Origin: an uncultured Solirubrobacteraceae bacterium
GTDB taxonomy: Bacteria > Actinomycetota > Thermoleophilia > Solirubrobacterales > Solirubrobacteraceae
Length of the DNA: 64,000 nt
Assembly: GCA_963775485.1 (NCBI GenBank)
Contig: CAVZIH010000003.1
Span: forward strand, 120,252 to 184,251
Direction of reading: 5' to 3'
Part shown: positions 31,375 through 43,441 of the stretch, in pieces
Numbering within the stretch: position 1 is the first letter of the stretch
Layout of the letters: every line of letters begins with the position of its first letter
Notes under the pieces: model-generated
The model's database searches: none
Told to the model about the DNA's origin: nothing
Seen by the model: only the letters and a program-made list of their open reading frames with translations
Made by a program: the position numbers and the translations under genes

Positions 31375-32277
31375 CTAGCCGGCCGCGGCCGCGGCGGTGG
31401 CCGTGGCCGCCGGGACGGGCGGGCGCGGCAGCACTAGCAGCGAACTGCGTGCGTGGCGCTCGAGGTAGTCGGAGGTGCTGCCGAGCACCAGCCGCTTGAC
31501 CGGGCCGTAGCTGCGCGAGCCGACCACCAGCAGGTCCACGGCGTCCCCGAACGCGGCCAGCTCCTCGCCGGCGAGCCCGTACACGGCGCGGCCCCGCACG
31601 CCCTCGATCTCGCCGAGACGCGCGTTGGCCTCCGAGAGCATCAGTTCGATCGTCTCGCCGAAGGCGGGCGGCACGAGGCCCGTGAACGCGTACGTCGGCA
31701 GCGCCACCACCTCCATCAGCTCGATCTCCGCTCGTGTGGGCGCGGCGAGCTCGCGCGCCTCCGCCAGCGCGGCGACGCTCTCGGGCGAGCCGTTGTAGGC
31801 GACCCCGATCCTGGCGAGCGGCAGCGGGGCATCGTTGTAGCCTGCGGCTGCCACGGCAACCGCGCAGGGGGCGCCGTTGAGGGCGGCCCGCGTGTCGTCG
31901 CCGAGCATCACCCGGCCGATCCGCCCGCGGCCGCAGGTGCCGACGACGAGCAGATCCGCCCCCGACGCCTCGGCCTGCTCGTGCAGGCCCGCGCCGGGCG
32001 AGCCGGCCTCCGCGCTCAGCAGCTCGGCCTGCACCTCGGTCGCTGCGCGCTCCTGCTCGAGCAGCCTCTGGGAGGTCTCGCGCTCGTCGGCGAGCAGTGC
32101 CGGGGTGAGCGGCCGGAAGGGATGCAGCTGACCGGTGCGCACGTGCAGGAGCGTCAGCGCGGCGTCAGGCCCGGCCAGCCGCGAGGCCAGCGCGATCGCG
32201 TCGCGGCCGCTGGGCCTGCCGTCAACTCCCACGAGCACGTGCTTGAACATCTGCGTCTCCTCCGGTCGGGTGGTCAC
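31375..32277 (-). CDS. Universal stress protein (two USP domains)
   Basis: FKHVLVGVDG, ADLLVVG...LG, IGVAYNGS, DLLVVGSRSYG..LVLGSTS. Confidence 0.92.
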   Translation of the reverse strand: MTTRPEETQMFKHVLVGVDGRPSGRDAIALASRLAGPDAALTLLHVRTGQLHPFRPLTPALLADERETSQRLLEQERAATEVQAELLSAEAGSPGAGLHEQAEASGADLLVVGTCGRGRIGRVMLGDDTRAALNGAPCAVAVAAAGYNDAPLPLARIGVAYNGSPESVAALAEARELAAPTRAEIELMEVVALPTYAFTGLVPPAFGETIELMLSEANARLGEIEGVRGRAVYGLAGEELAAFGDAVDLLVVGSRSYGPVKRLVLGSTSDYLERHARSSLLVLPRPPVPAATATAAAAAG

Positions 32278-32334
32278 ATGCTAGGCGGGCTTGCAGGCAT
32301 CGTGCTCGCGCGCGGGCCGCGTAGCATTGGAGGT

Positions 32335-34374
<2,040 letters not shown>

Positions 34375-34424
34375 CAGCCACGGCTAGAGTGCGGCGAACC
34401 GTTTCAACGCCCGAGAGGAGCCCC

Positions 34425-35330
34425 ATGCAGGCCGTCGTGATGCACGAGCCCGGTGGTCCCGACGTCCTACGGCTCGAGGAGCTGCCGCAGCCCGTCCCCG
34501 GGGAGGGCGCTGTGCTGATCAGGGTCCACGCCGTGGGCGTGAACCCGATCGACTGGAAGTACCGGCAAGGCCTGATCCCGAAGGAGCTGCCGGCGGTGCT
34601 CGGCAGCGACGTGGCGGGGACGGTCGAGGTCTCGCACGCCGAGGGCTTCGCCGCGGGCGACGAGGTGTTCGGCTTCGTGGCGAGCGGCGCCTACGCGGAG
34701 CTCGCCGTTGCGCCCGCCACGATCGTCGCGCCGCGCCCCGCCGGGATCAGCGTCGAGCAGGCCGCCGCGCTGCCGGTTGCCGGCCTGACGGCCTGGCAGG
34801 CGCTGTTCGACCGCGGCGGCCTGGAGCGCGGCCAGACCGTGCTCATCGCCGGGGCGGCCGGCGGCGTGGGGCATCTCGCGGTGCAGCTCGCCAAGCGCAC
34901 GGGCGCGCACGTGATCGGGACGGGATCCACCCGCAATCGCGAGCGCGTGCTCGAGCTCGGTGCCGACGCCTACGTGGACTACACCCGCGAGGACGTCGCA
35001 GCCGCCGTGAGGGACGTGGACGTCGCGTTCGACACCGTTGGCGGCGAGACGACCGCGGCGGTGCTGCAGAGCGTTCGCGAGGGCGGCGTGCTCGTGTCGA
35101 TCGCGGGGCCCTCCCCGGAGGAGGCAGCGCAGGCGCGCGGGGTGCGCGCCGAGCGGCTGATCATGACCCCGAGCGCCTCCCAGCTGGCGGAGATGGCGGC
35201 GCTGGTGGCAGCCGGCGAGGTGCGCGTGGACATCGAGGAGGTGCTTCCCCTCAGCGAGGTCGCCCGGGCGCACGAGCTGAGCGAATCGGGGCGCACGCGG
35301 GGCAAGATCGTGCTCGCGGTGGGGCGCTAG
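34425..35330 (+). CDS. NADP-dependent oxidoreductase (MDR/QOR-like)
   Basis: GVNPIDWK, GSDVAG, GAAGGVG, RGKIVL. Confidence 0.9.
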   Translation: MQAVVMHEPGGPDVLRLEELPQPVPGEGAVLIRVHAVGVNPIDWKYRQGLIPKELPAVLGSDVAGTVEVSHAEGFAAGDEVFGFVASGAYAELAVAPATIVAPRPAGISVEQAAALPVAGLTAWQALFDRGGLERGQTVLIAGAAGGVGHLAVQLAKRTGAHVIGTGSTRNRERVLELGADAYVDYTREDVAAAVRDVDVAFDTVGGETTAAVLQSVREGGVLVSIAGPSPEEAAQARGVRAERLIMTPSASQLAEMAALVAAGEVRVDIEEVLPLSEVARAHELSESGRTRGKIVLAVGR

Positions 35331-35356
35331 CGCTCCGAGCTCGGGCCGCCGTCGCC

Positions 35357-36127
35357 ATGGACTGGGGAGCCGGGACCTACGAGCACATCGCGGCGCAGCT
35401 GCTGCCCGCGACGCATGCTGCGCTCGCGCAGGCGGCTCGTGACGCCCGGCGAGCGCGTGCTCACGTGGGCTGTGGGACCGGCAGCGCGACGCTGCTCGCC
35501 GCCGAGCGCGGGGCGCAGGCGACGGGAGTGGACCCCGCCGAGCGCCTGCTCGAGGTCGCGCGCGACGCGGCCCGGGCGCGCGGAGTGCAGGCGAGCTTCC
35601 TGCGCGGAGAGGCCGCAGCCCTGCCGGTCGCGGACGCCTCGGCGGATGCCGTCGTGTCGGTCTTCGGCGTGGTCTTCGCCCCGGACGCGACCGCGGCCTG
35701 CGCGGAGCTGGCCCGCGTGACCGCGCCCGCGGGGAGGATCGTGCTGTCGGCGTGGATCCCAGCCGGAGCCCTGTTCGACGTGGCGCGCGTGCGCGCCCGG
35801 GCGATGGCGGCGCCGGACACCACCCCGGCGCCGCCGCCGTTTGCGTGGCACGACCGCGAGGCGCTGAGCGCGGCGTTCTCGCCGTGGGGCCTGACGGCGG
35901 CGACCGACGAGCGGCGGCTCGCCTTCGCTGCCGCGTCCCCGGAGGAGTTCCTCGAGTCGGAGCTGCGCGATCACCCGCTGTGGGTGGCCGCGCGAGCGAG
36001 CCTGGCCGCCGCCGAGCTCGACCGGGCCGCCGGCCTGGCGCTGCAGATCCTCCGCGACGGCAACGAGGAGCCGGGCGGCTTTCGCCTCACGAGCCGGTAC
36101 GTCGTGGCCACCCTGCGCCGCCCCTAG
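35357..36127 (+). CDS. Class I SAM-dependent methyltransferase (UbiE-like)
   Basis: VGCGTG, GVD, DAVVSVFGVVF. Motif I is locally garbled by compensating indels (PGERVL reads in another frame). Confidence 0.82.
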   Translation: MDWGAGTYEHIAAQLLPATHAALAQAARDARRARAHVGCGTGSATLLAAERGAQATGVDPAERLLEVARDAARARGVQASFLRGEAAALPVADASADAVVSVFGVVFAPDATAACAELARVTAPAGRIVLSAWIPAGALFDVARVRARAMAAPDTTPAPPPFAWHDREALSAAFSPWGLTAATDERRLAFAAASPEEFLESELRDHPLWVAARASLAAAELDRAAGLALQILRDGNEEPGGFRLTSRYVVATLRRP

Positions 36128-36258
36128 CCGGCCGGCGGCTCGCGCGCGGTCGCGCGCGCAGCCCCCAGGTTCTCCCACCTGCACCGACCGCACCCCGAAG
36201 ACGCTCTCGCCGTCCTAGGATCTAGCGATGGCAACGCTGTCGGGCCAACCTGCGCGAG

Positions 36259-37866
36259 GTGCGGGCCGGATCGAAACGAAAGCGCGTCATGACCGGGGTG
36301 GCGGTGGCCCTGGTGGGCGTCGTCGCGCTGCTGGCAATCGCGGCGCTGGCGTGGTCGGGGGTGACATTGGCCGGCGACCCGACGGCACTGGCTCACGTCA
36401 GCGTGCAGCCGCTCGGCGGGACGATCGAGCGCGTCCAGGCGTTCGGCCCGGGAGGCCGGAGCCTGCCGATCGCCGTCTCGGACGGGCGCCTGACGCCGAT
36501 GCATCAGCTCACCCCCGGAGAGCAGGTGACGATCGACGTGGTGGTCCGTCGGCCGGGATGGCTCGGCTGGGCGCTCGGTGCCGACCGCAGCGAGCAGCTG
36601 ACGCTGCGCGCACCGGTCGCCCAGGTGACCCAGCCGTGGATGACGGTGCGCCCGGGCGCGCCCGTGCGGGTGAGCTTCAACCAGCCCGTGAGCGCGATCG
36701 CCTACGAGACGGCGGGCAACGACGCGACGCACCGCACGCTGAGCGTCCCGGAGAGCACGATCTCGCTGGGCACCCGGCCGGAGACGGGGGCGATCGAGAT
36801 CGCCGCCGCGGCTCGCCCCTGGGAGAGGGTGGGCCCGCCCTCGGAGGTGAGCTGGTTCCCGCCCTCGGATGCCCCGGTGATGGTCAGCCTCCCGGCGGCG
36901 GGCTCGCGGATCGCCCCCGCCACGGCCATCCACCTGACCTTCTCGCAGCCCGTGTCCGAGGTGCTCGGCTCCGCCCGTCCGCGGCTGTCGCCGAGCACGC
37001 CCGGCCGGTGGCACGAAGCCAACAGCCACACGCTCGTGTTCGTCCCGTCGGGGCTGGGAGCGGCGCTCGGCTCGCAGCTGCGCGTGGAGCTCCCGCGCGA
37101 GGTCGCGGTCACCGCGAGCGCGTCCGGCGGCCTGCACGACGCCAGCCAGATCGAATGGACGGTTCCGCCCGGTTCCACGCTGCGCCTGCAGCAGCTGCTC
37201 GCGCAGGCGGGCTACCTACCGCTCGACTGGCAGTCCTCCGGAACCCCCGTCGCGCGGACGCCGGCCGCGGAGGCGCAGGCCGCGGTCGAACCTCCCGACG
37301 GCAGCTTCAGCTGGCGCTATCCGGACACGCCGCAACAGCTGCAGGCGCTGTGGAGCACCGGAACGGCGAACGTCATCACCAAGGGCGCGGTCATGAAGTT
37401 CGAGAACATCCACCTGATGACGGCGGACGGCCTCGCCGGCCCGGCCGTGTGGCACGCGCTGATCGAGAACGCGATCGCCGGCGGCCGCCTGACCAGCGGC
37501 TACAGCTACGTGTACGTGCACCGCGCCGTGCCGGAGGTCATGACGCTGTGGCACGATGGCCACACGGTGCTCTCCTCGCCCGCGAACACCGGCATCTCGG
37601 GTGCGGAAACGGAACTCGGCACGTTCCCGGTCTTCGAGCACATCCCCGAAGGCACGATGAGCGGCACCAACCCCGACGGCTCCCACTACGAAGACCCGGG
37701 GATCAAATGGATCAGCTACTTCAACGGCGGCGACGCGCTCCACAACTTCGACCGCGCCTCCTTCGGCACGCCCCAGAGCCTCGGCTGCGTGGAGCTGCCG
37801 CTGGCCGCCTCCGCCGAGGTGTGGCCCTACACGCCGATCGGCACGCTGGTCACGATCGAACCGTGA
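36259..37866 (+). CDS. L,D-transpeptidase family protein (TM anchor, Ig-like domains, PG-binding-like helix, YkuD domain)
   Basis: N-terminal TM, two Ig-like repeats (FNQPV/FSQPV), ANTG..TELGTF, ALH...SLGCV. Confidence 0.85.
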   Translation: MRAGSKRKRVMTGVAVALVGVVALLAIAALAWSGVTLAGDPTALAHVSVQPLGGTIERVQAFGPGGRSLPIAVSDGRLTPMHQLTPGEQVTIDVVVRRPGWLGWALGADRSEQLTLRAPVAQVTQPWMTVRPGAPVRVSFNQPVSAIAYETAGNDATHRTLSVPESTISLGTRPETGAIEIAAAARPWERVGPPSEVSWFPPSDAPVMVSLPAAGSRIAPATAIHLTFSQPVSEVLGSARPRLSPSTPGRWHEANSHTLVFVPSGLGAALGSQLRVELPREVAVTASASGGLHDASQIEWTVPPGSTLRLQQLLAQAGYLPLDWQSSGTPVARTPAAEAQAAVEPPDGSFSWRYPDTPQQLQALWSTGTANVITKGAVMKFENIHLMTADGLAGPAVWHALIENAIAGGRLTSGYSYVYVHRAVPEVMTLWHDGHTVLSSPANTGISGAETELGTFPVFEHIPEGTMSGTNPDGSHYEDPGIKWISYFNGGDALHNFDRASFGTPQSLGCVELPLAASAEVWPYTPIGTLVTIEP

Positions 37867-37953
37867 CGCCCGCGGGCCGCCCCGAACGCGTCGTGGCGAC
37901 CGGCTAGGGTCGGCCTGGAGTTCGGGTTCCTGCCTTCGAGATTGGAGCGTCGC

Positions 37954-38523
37954 ATGTCCGCGTCTTCTGAGGATGAGGTGGTGGGGCTGCTCGGCAGCCT
38001 GTGGTGGCTGCTCGTGCTGTTCGGCGTGATCGTCCTGGCCGTCGGCATCTTCTTCGTCATCGAGCCGCACGAAACCCTCAGCACGTTCACGGTGATCGCG
38101 GGGATCTTCCTGCTCGTCGACGGGGTGCTGGCCGTGATCGGGTCGATCTTCGGCCGCGGCGAGGGACGCGGCCTGCTCGCGCTGATCGGCGTGCTCAGCG
38201 CGATCGCGGGGCTGGTGCTGATCAAGAAACCGTTCGACACGCTCGTCGTGTTCGTGCTGATCCTCGGCGTGTGGTTCATCGTCGGAGGCGTCGTGCGCCT
38301 GGTCGCGGCCTTCGCCGACCGCGAAGGCCGGGCGGGGAACATCGCGATCGCGCTGATCGATGTGGTGGCCGGCATCCTGATCCTCTCCTGGCCGAGCATC
38401 GGCCTGGCCACGCTGGCGGTGATCATCGGGATCGTGCTGATCGTGCGCGGCGCGCTGTTCATCGTCGCCGGCCTGGCCCTGCACCGCCTCGGCCGCGGCC
38501 TGGACGCGGCCGAGGCGGCCTGA
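37954..38523 (+). CDS. HdeD/DUF308 family membrane protein
   Basis: WWLLVLFG..., repeated G..L..G hairpin TM units. Confidence 0.85.
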   Translation: MSASSEDEVVGLLGSLWWLLVLFGVIVLAVGIFFVIEPHETLSTFTVIAGIFLLVDGVLAVIGSIFGRGEGRGLLALIGVLSAIAGLVLIKKPFDTLVVFVLILGVWFIVGGVVRLVAAFADREGRAGNIAIALIDVVAGILILSWPSIGLATLAVIIGIVLIVRGALFIVAGLALHRLGRGLDAAEAA

Positions 38524-38669
38524 ACGCGCGGCGCCGGAGCCCGCGACGAGCGCCCGGCCGCAGATCCGCGGGCGTCAGCTGCGCTGCGTCCGCGAACCTC
38601 GCATGCGGGCCGCCGTGCGCCCCAGCGATGCCACGAGCCGCACCGCGGGATAGAGGAGGTTGTCGGACA

Positions 38670-39358
38670 TCTGAGCCTGATCCTCCGCCGGCCGGCAAGA
38701 ACGGCGGGTTGACGAACACGGCGTCGCCGGAGAACCGCCGAACTGGGTGAAGCCGACGAGCAGGAACCTCTCGTTGAGGAAGCGCTTGATCTCACGGACA
38801 GTGGCGCGTCTTGTAGATCTCGACGACTCGACCTCCGTGTGGATGAGCTACCGCTGCAGCCTCTCTCGAGACCTCGCAGCGCATGAGCTCCGCGCCTGTA
38901 ACCATCACAGCAGGTCGACGTCACTGAGATCCGCGGACGCCATGAACGTGTCCAGGGTGATGGACGGGACTTGACCTCGGTCTGGACGTAGCGCTCGACC
39001 GGATACTCGCCCGAGGCCTCGAACATGGAGGACGCCCCCGGGTTCCGTCGGCCCAGTCGGTCGTCGTTCTCTCCACGTCGATCGCGAAGAAGGGCACCTC
39101 GCCGTCGCGGTCGGAGCGGCCTTCTCCACGAGGGTCACGTTCGGCAGGCCCGCAACGCGCCGCGGCACAGCGGAAGCGTGTGGGAGTTGCACTCGAACGC
39201 AGATCCGAGCGTCGGGAAGAAGCCTGCTGAAGGCCTCGGTCTCGACACAGTCGCGTGCACCGAGCTCGACGACCGTCTCCACACGCGCCACGTATCACGT
39301 GCGCGCTCCAGCGAGAGCTCGACTGTCGGCTTGGCCCGCCGCGGGGAGCGCTCGCCAT
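38670..39358 (-). pseudogene. FkbM-family methyltransferase broken by many indels (pseudogene or unpolished sequence)
   Basis: Fragments across frames: VVELGARDCVET, NVTLVEKA, VPSITLDTF..DVDLLW, LIHTEVE..EIY, EIKRFLNER, GDAVFVN. Boundaries approximate. Confidence 0.7.
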
Positions 39359-39425
39359 CGGGCGATGTACGCTGCAGGCGGGGCGCCACGCAGGGAACGC
39401 GGGCCGGGACTGCGAGCGGGGCTGA

Positions 39426-39499
39426 CGGGAGCGACGGGACTCGAACCCGCGACCTCTGCCGTGACAGGGCAGCGCTCTAACCGGCTGAGCTACGCCCCC
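39426..39499 (-). tRNA. tRNA-Asp (GTC)
   Basis: Acceptor stem GGGGGCG/CGCTCCC, D arm AGCTCAGCCGGTTAGAGC, anticodon arm CTGCC-CTGTCAC-GGCAG, T loop GGTTCGAGTCC. No encoded CCA. Confidence 0.96.
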
Positions 39500-39618
39500 G
39501 CGATGCGCGAAGGGCCGACCGGCAGGCCTGCGCGCATACCCAGTATGCCAGGGAGCGCGCCGAGGCCCGCCCGGCCACAGACTGGCCGCCCGGCCAGGCA
39601 TTGTTCTAGGCTGTCGAT

Positions 39619-41073
39619 ATGGCGCTCGTCGGACCCGAACCCCTGCTGAAGCGGCACCCCGTCACGATGCTGCTGAGCGACCTGCGCGAGGAGCGCGCCG
39701 CGACCGTTCCCTTCCCCGCAGGCGAAACGCGCTTCTCCCTGCCCCGCACCAGGCGCTTCGCCGAGGAACCGCTCGAGCTGCTGCTCGAGGCCTATGAGCG
39801 CTTCGGCCCGATCTTCACCCTGCGACTGTTCCACGGCAACGTGGTGTTCATGCTCGGGCCGGAGGCGAACCACTACATCACCGTCTCGCACGCCTCGAAC
39901 TTCATCTGGCGGGAGGGCCACTTCCGCGATCTGATCGGGCTGATGGGGGACGGCCTGCTGACCATCGACGGGGAGTTCCACCGGCGCTCGCGTCTGATCA
40001 TGCTGCCGGCGTTCCACCGCGAGCACCTGGTCGCCTCGGTGGACGTGATCGAGCAGGAGACCACGAGCGCCCTCGAGGAGCTCGAGCCCGGCCGGGCGGT
40101 CGATCTCTACGCCTGGACCCGCCGCCTGGCGCTGCGGGTGGCGATGCGGGCGCTGTTCGGGCTCGACCCCGACGGCAGCGCGGCGCAATCGATCGACGCG
40201 GCCGAGATGTTCGAGGAGGCGCTCGCCTTCTACGCGAGCGACTACCTGCTGAGGGTCCTGCGCGGACCGCGCTCGCCGTGGGCGCGCCTGCAGGCGGCCG
40301 CGCGCAAGCTCGACACGCTCATCTACTCCGAGATCGCCGAGCGCCGCGCGACGGGCGCGCGCGGCATGGACATCCTCAGCCTCCTGCTCGACGCGACCGA
40401 CGAGGACGGCAACACGCTGACCGACGTGCAGATCCGCGACGAGGTGATGACGCTGTTGTTCGCGGGCCACGACACGACCACATCGACGGTCTCGTTCATG
40501 TTCTACGAGCTCGCCCGCCACCCTGAGATCGTCGCGCGGCTGCGCGCCGAGCAGGACGCGTGCTGCCCCGCGGGGCATCCGAGCGCCGAGCAGCTGCTCT
40601 CCGGCGAGCTCCCCGAGCTGGAGATGGTCCTCGATGAGACGCTGCGAAAGTACCCGCCGGCGTGGGTCGGACCGCGGCGCGCGATCGAGTCCTTCGAGTT
40701 CGCCGGAGCCACCGTGCCGGCGAGGGCCTTCGTCAACTACTGCTCCTGGGCGTCGCATCACCTGCCGGACGTGTTCGAGGATCCGGAGGCGTTCCGTCCC
40801 GAGCGCTTCACGCCGGCGGCGCGCGCGGCGCTGCCCAAGGGCGCCTATGTTCCGTTCGGGGGAGGCTCGCGAACCTGCATCGGCATGCGCTTCGGGCAGC
40901 TCGAGGTGCGTACGATCGCCTCGCTGATCCTCGCGCGCTGCGCGCTGACGCTGCCGGAGGACTTCACGCTGAGCATCCGGCAGATGCCGACGATCAGCCC
41001 CAAGGACGGGCTGCCGGTGCTCGTCCATTCGCGTCCCGGGCGCCGCAGCGCCGGGCTGCCGGCCGCCGCCTGA
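39619..41073 (+). CDS. Cytochrome P450
   Basis: FAGHDTT, ETLR, PERF, FGGGSRTCIG. Confidence 0.95.
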   Translation: MALVGPEPLLKRHPVTMLLSDLREERAATVPFPAGETRFSLPRTRRFAEEPLELLLEAYERFGPIFTLRLFHGNVVFMLGPEANHYITVSHASNFIWREGHFRDLIGLMGDGLLTIDGEFHRRSRLIMLPAFHREHLVASVDVIEQETTSALEELEPGRAVDLYAWTRRLALRVAMRALFGLDPDGSAAQSIDAAEMFEEALAFYASDYLLRVLRGPRSPWARLQAAARKLDTLIYSEIAERRATGARGMDILSLLLDATDEDGNTLTDVQIRDEVMTLLFAGHDTTTSTVSFMFYELARHPEIVARLRAEQDACCPAGHPSAEQLLSGELPELEMVLDETLRKYPPAWVGPRRAIESFEFAGATVPARAFVNYCSWASHHLPDVFEDPEAFRPERFTPAARAALPKGAYVPFGGGSRTCIGMRFGQLEVRTIASLILARCALTLPEDFTLSIRQMPTISPKDGLPVLVHSRPGRRSAGLPAAA

Positions 41074-41763
41074 TCAGCGCATCCTCGCGGTGATGCCGAG
41101 CCGGTAGGTGGGCGGCTGCTCGCTCTCCACGTTCGCCGAGACGCCCTCCACCGACAGCCTCGGGTCGGAGAACAGCGTCAGGCGGACGCCTTCCAGCAGT
41201 CCTCCCAGCGGGTGCGCCACGAGACCGCCCTCGCTCGCTTCGGCGACGGCGTCGACCGAAGCACCGAGCCCGAACAGCCCCCCGCTGACCCTGACGGTGA
41301 CCCGGCCGCGGGCGCTGGCGAGCAGCTCCACGGCGATCCCGGCGGGCAGCGCGGCGCGCACATCCCGCTCGCCGATCAGCCCTTCGGCGGCGAGCCCCGC
41401 GCCCCGCTTGCGCAGGCGGGCGTCGCGCAGCAGCAGCAGGCCCTCGCGGACGCTCGCCGCGCTCACATCCATGCGCGCCGCACCGGCGGCTTCGGAGAGC
41501 AGCTCGCCGGTCTGTGCCGGGGTCACGTCGAGGCTGCCGGCGCGCACGGTCACGGAGTCCGCTCGTCCCCACAGCAGCTTGATCGCCGGCCACGCGCTGA
41601 CGCTCACGCTGATCACCCTGCCGTAGCGACCCACGCGCGAGGAGATCCGGCGCGCGGCGATCCCGGGGAGGAACAGCTGGGCGAGCACGAGCACCAGCCC
41701 GGCGAGGGCGCACGGGAGCAGTGCGATCCGCACCAGTCTTCCACCGCCGCTCGCGCCCCGCAT
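41074..41763 (-). CDS. Membrane-anchored hypothetical protein (DUF2993/LmeA-like)
   Basis: N-terminal TM, VSVSVSAWPAIKLLWGRADSV pattern, beta-rich. Start uncertain. Confidence 0.6.
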   Translation of the reverse strand: MRGASGGGRLVRIALLPCALAGLVLVLAQLFLPGIAARRISSRVGRYGRVISVSVSAWPAIKLLWGRADSVTVRAGSLDVTPAQTGELLSEAAGAARMDVSAASVREGLLLLRDARLRKRGAGLAAEGLIGERDVRAALPAGIAVELLASARGRVTVRVSGGLFGLGASVDAVAEASEGGLVAHPLGGLLEGVRLTLFSDPRLSVEGVSANVESEQPPTYRLGITARMR

Positions 41764-41873
41764 CAGCGCAAGCTTGGCAGGGCGTGCGGGCGGGGAGCGC
41801 ACGCCGCACGCCGCGGCGTGCGCGGACATGGCGTCCGCGGGCAGCGCCGGCCGCTAGCCTTGGGTTGAGCACT

Positions 41874-41947
41874 GGGCGCGTAGCTCAGCTGGTTAGAGCA
41901 CCTCGCTTACACCGAGGGGGTCGCCCGTTCGAGTCGGGCCGCGCCCA
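41874..41947 (+). tRNA. tRNA-Val (TAC)
   Basis: GGGCGCG/CGCGCCC stem, anticodon arm CCTCG-CTTACAC-CGAGG, GTTCGAGTC. Confidence 0.96.
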
Positions 41948-42000
41948 TCCCCAGACCAGCTCCGAAGCAGCGCGCGACCACGACCACAGAGCCCGCATCC

Positions 42001-43413
42001 ATGACCGACCGCTCCCCCATCCGCATCGCCGTGATCGGCTCCGGCCCCGCGGGCTTCTACGCCGCCGGGCACCTGCTCAAGGACGCCGGCGAACGGATCG
42101 AGGTCGACATGATCGAGCGGCTGCCCACTCCATGGGGCCTGGTGCGCTCGGGCGTCGCTCCCGACCACCCGAAGATCAAGTCCGTGACACGCATCTATGA
42201 GAAGACCGCCGCCCATCCCCGCTTCCGCTACTTCGGCAACGTCACCTTCGGCGAGCACGTCTCCCGCCAGGAGTTGCTGAGCCACTACCACGCGGTCGTC
42301 TACGCGACGGGCTCGCCCCTCGACAGGCCCCTGGGGATAACCGGGGAAGATCTCCCCGGGTCTCACGCCGCCACCGAGTTCGTCGGCTGGTACAACGGCC
42401 ATCCCGACCACACCGATCTCGAGGTCGATCTGCTGTCGGCGACACGCGCCGTGGTGGTCGGCAACGGCAACGTCGCGCTCGACGTCGCCCGCATGCTCGT
42501 CCTGGCACCGGCCGAGCTCGCGCCGACCGACACCGCCGACCACGCGCTCGAGGTGCTCGCGGCCAGCCGGGTGTCCGAGGTCGTCGTGGTCGGACGCCGC
42601 GGCCCGGCCCAGGCCGCGTTCACCAACCCCGAGCTGCTCGAGCTGGGGGAGCTCGCCGACGCCGACGTGATCGTCGATCGGTCGGAGCTCGAGCGGGCGC
42701 TGGCGGTAGCCGACCCCGAGGCCGAGCAGGACGCGACCAGCAGGCGCAACGTGGAGATCCTGAGGGCCTACGCGGCCCGTCCGCCCGCGGGCCGCAGCAA
42801 GCGCATCGTCCTGCGCTTCCTGCTCTCGCCGGTCGCGTTCACGCCCGACGAGGCGGGTCATCTCGGCGCGGTGGAGCTGGTGCGCAACGAGCTCGTTCCC
42901 GGCCCCGGCGGAGGGCTGCGAGCCGAGCCGGGGCAGGACCGCGAGACGATCTCCAGCGGGCTCGCCTTCAGGGCGATCGGCTACCGCGGCATCTCGCTCC
43001 CCGATGTTCCCTTCGACGAGCGTTCCGCGGTGATCCTCAACGACGGGGGCAGGGTGCTCAATCCCGACAGCCACTCGCCGCTCGCGGGCGAGTACGTGGT
43101 CGGCTGGATCAAGCGCGGACCCTCCGGCGTGATCGGCACCAACAAGAAGGACGCCCAGGAGACCGTCGATGCGATGCTCGCCGACCTCGCCGGGGGGAAC
43201 GGCGCCGCAGGCGGGGTCCACGTCCCCTCCGAACCCGACCCGCGCCTGATCGAGGAGCTGCTGCGGGCGCGCCGGCCCGAGCTCGTCACCTACGACGGTT
43301 GGGAGGCGATCGACCGTCACGAGCGCGCGCTCGGCGAGGCCGCCGGCCGCCCGCGGGTCAAGCTCACCCGGATCGAGGAGATGCTGCAGGTCGCAGCTTC
43401 CGAAAAACCTTGA
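42001..43413 (+). CDS. fprA: Ferredoxin-NADP+ reductase (adrenodoxin-reductase-like)
   Basis: GSGPAG, PWGLVRSGVAPDH, WYNGHP, GNGNVALDVAR, GWIKRGPSGVIGTN. Confidence 0.93.
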   Translation: MTDRSPIRIAVIGSGPAGFYAAGHLLKDAGERIEVDMIERLPTPWGLVRSGVAPDHPKIKSVTRIYEKTAAHPRFRYFGNVTFGEHVSRQELLSHYHAVVYATGSPLDRPLGITGEDLPGSHAATEFVGWYNGHPDHTDLEVDLLSATRAVVVGNGNVALDVARMLVLAPAELAPTDTADHALEVLAASRVSEVVVVGRRGPAQAAFTNPELLELGELADADVIVDRSELERALAVADPEAEQDATSRRNVEILRAYAARPPAGRSKRIVLRFLLSPVAFTPDEAGHLGAVELVRNELVPGPGGGLRAEPGQDRETISSGLAFRAIGYRGISLPDVPFDERSAVILNDGGRVLNPDSHSPLAGEYVVGWIKRGPSGVIGTNKKDAQETVDAMLADLAGGNGAAGGVHVPSEPDPRLIEELLRARRPELVTYDGWEAIDRHERALGEAAGRPRVKLTRIEEMLQVAASEKP

Positions 43414-43441
43414 GCCCATCTGCCACACTGTCGGGCCGCGA

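Noticed and set aside
35430-35465. Degenerate SAM-binding motif in the methyltransferase
   Set aside because: Two compensating indels restore PGERVL(D)VGCGTG, so it is probably an artefact.
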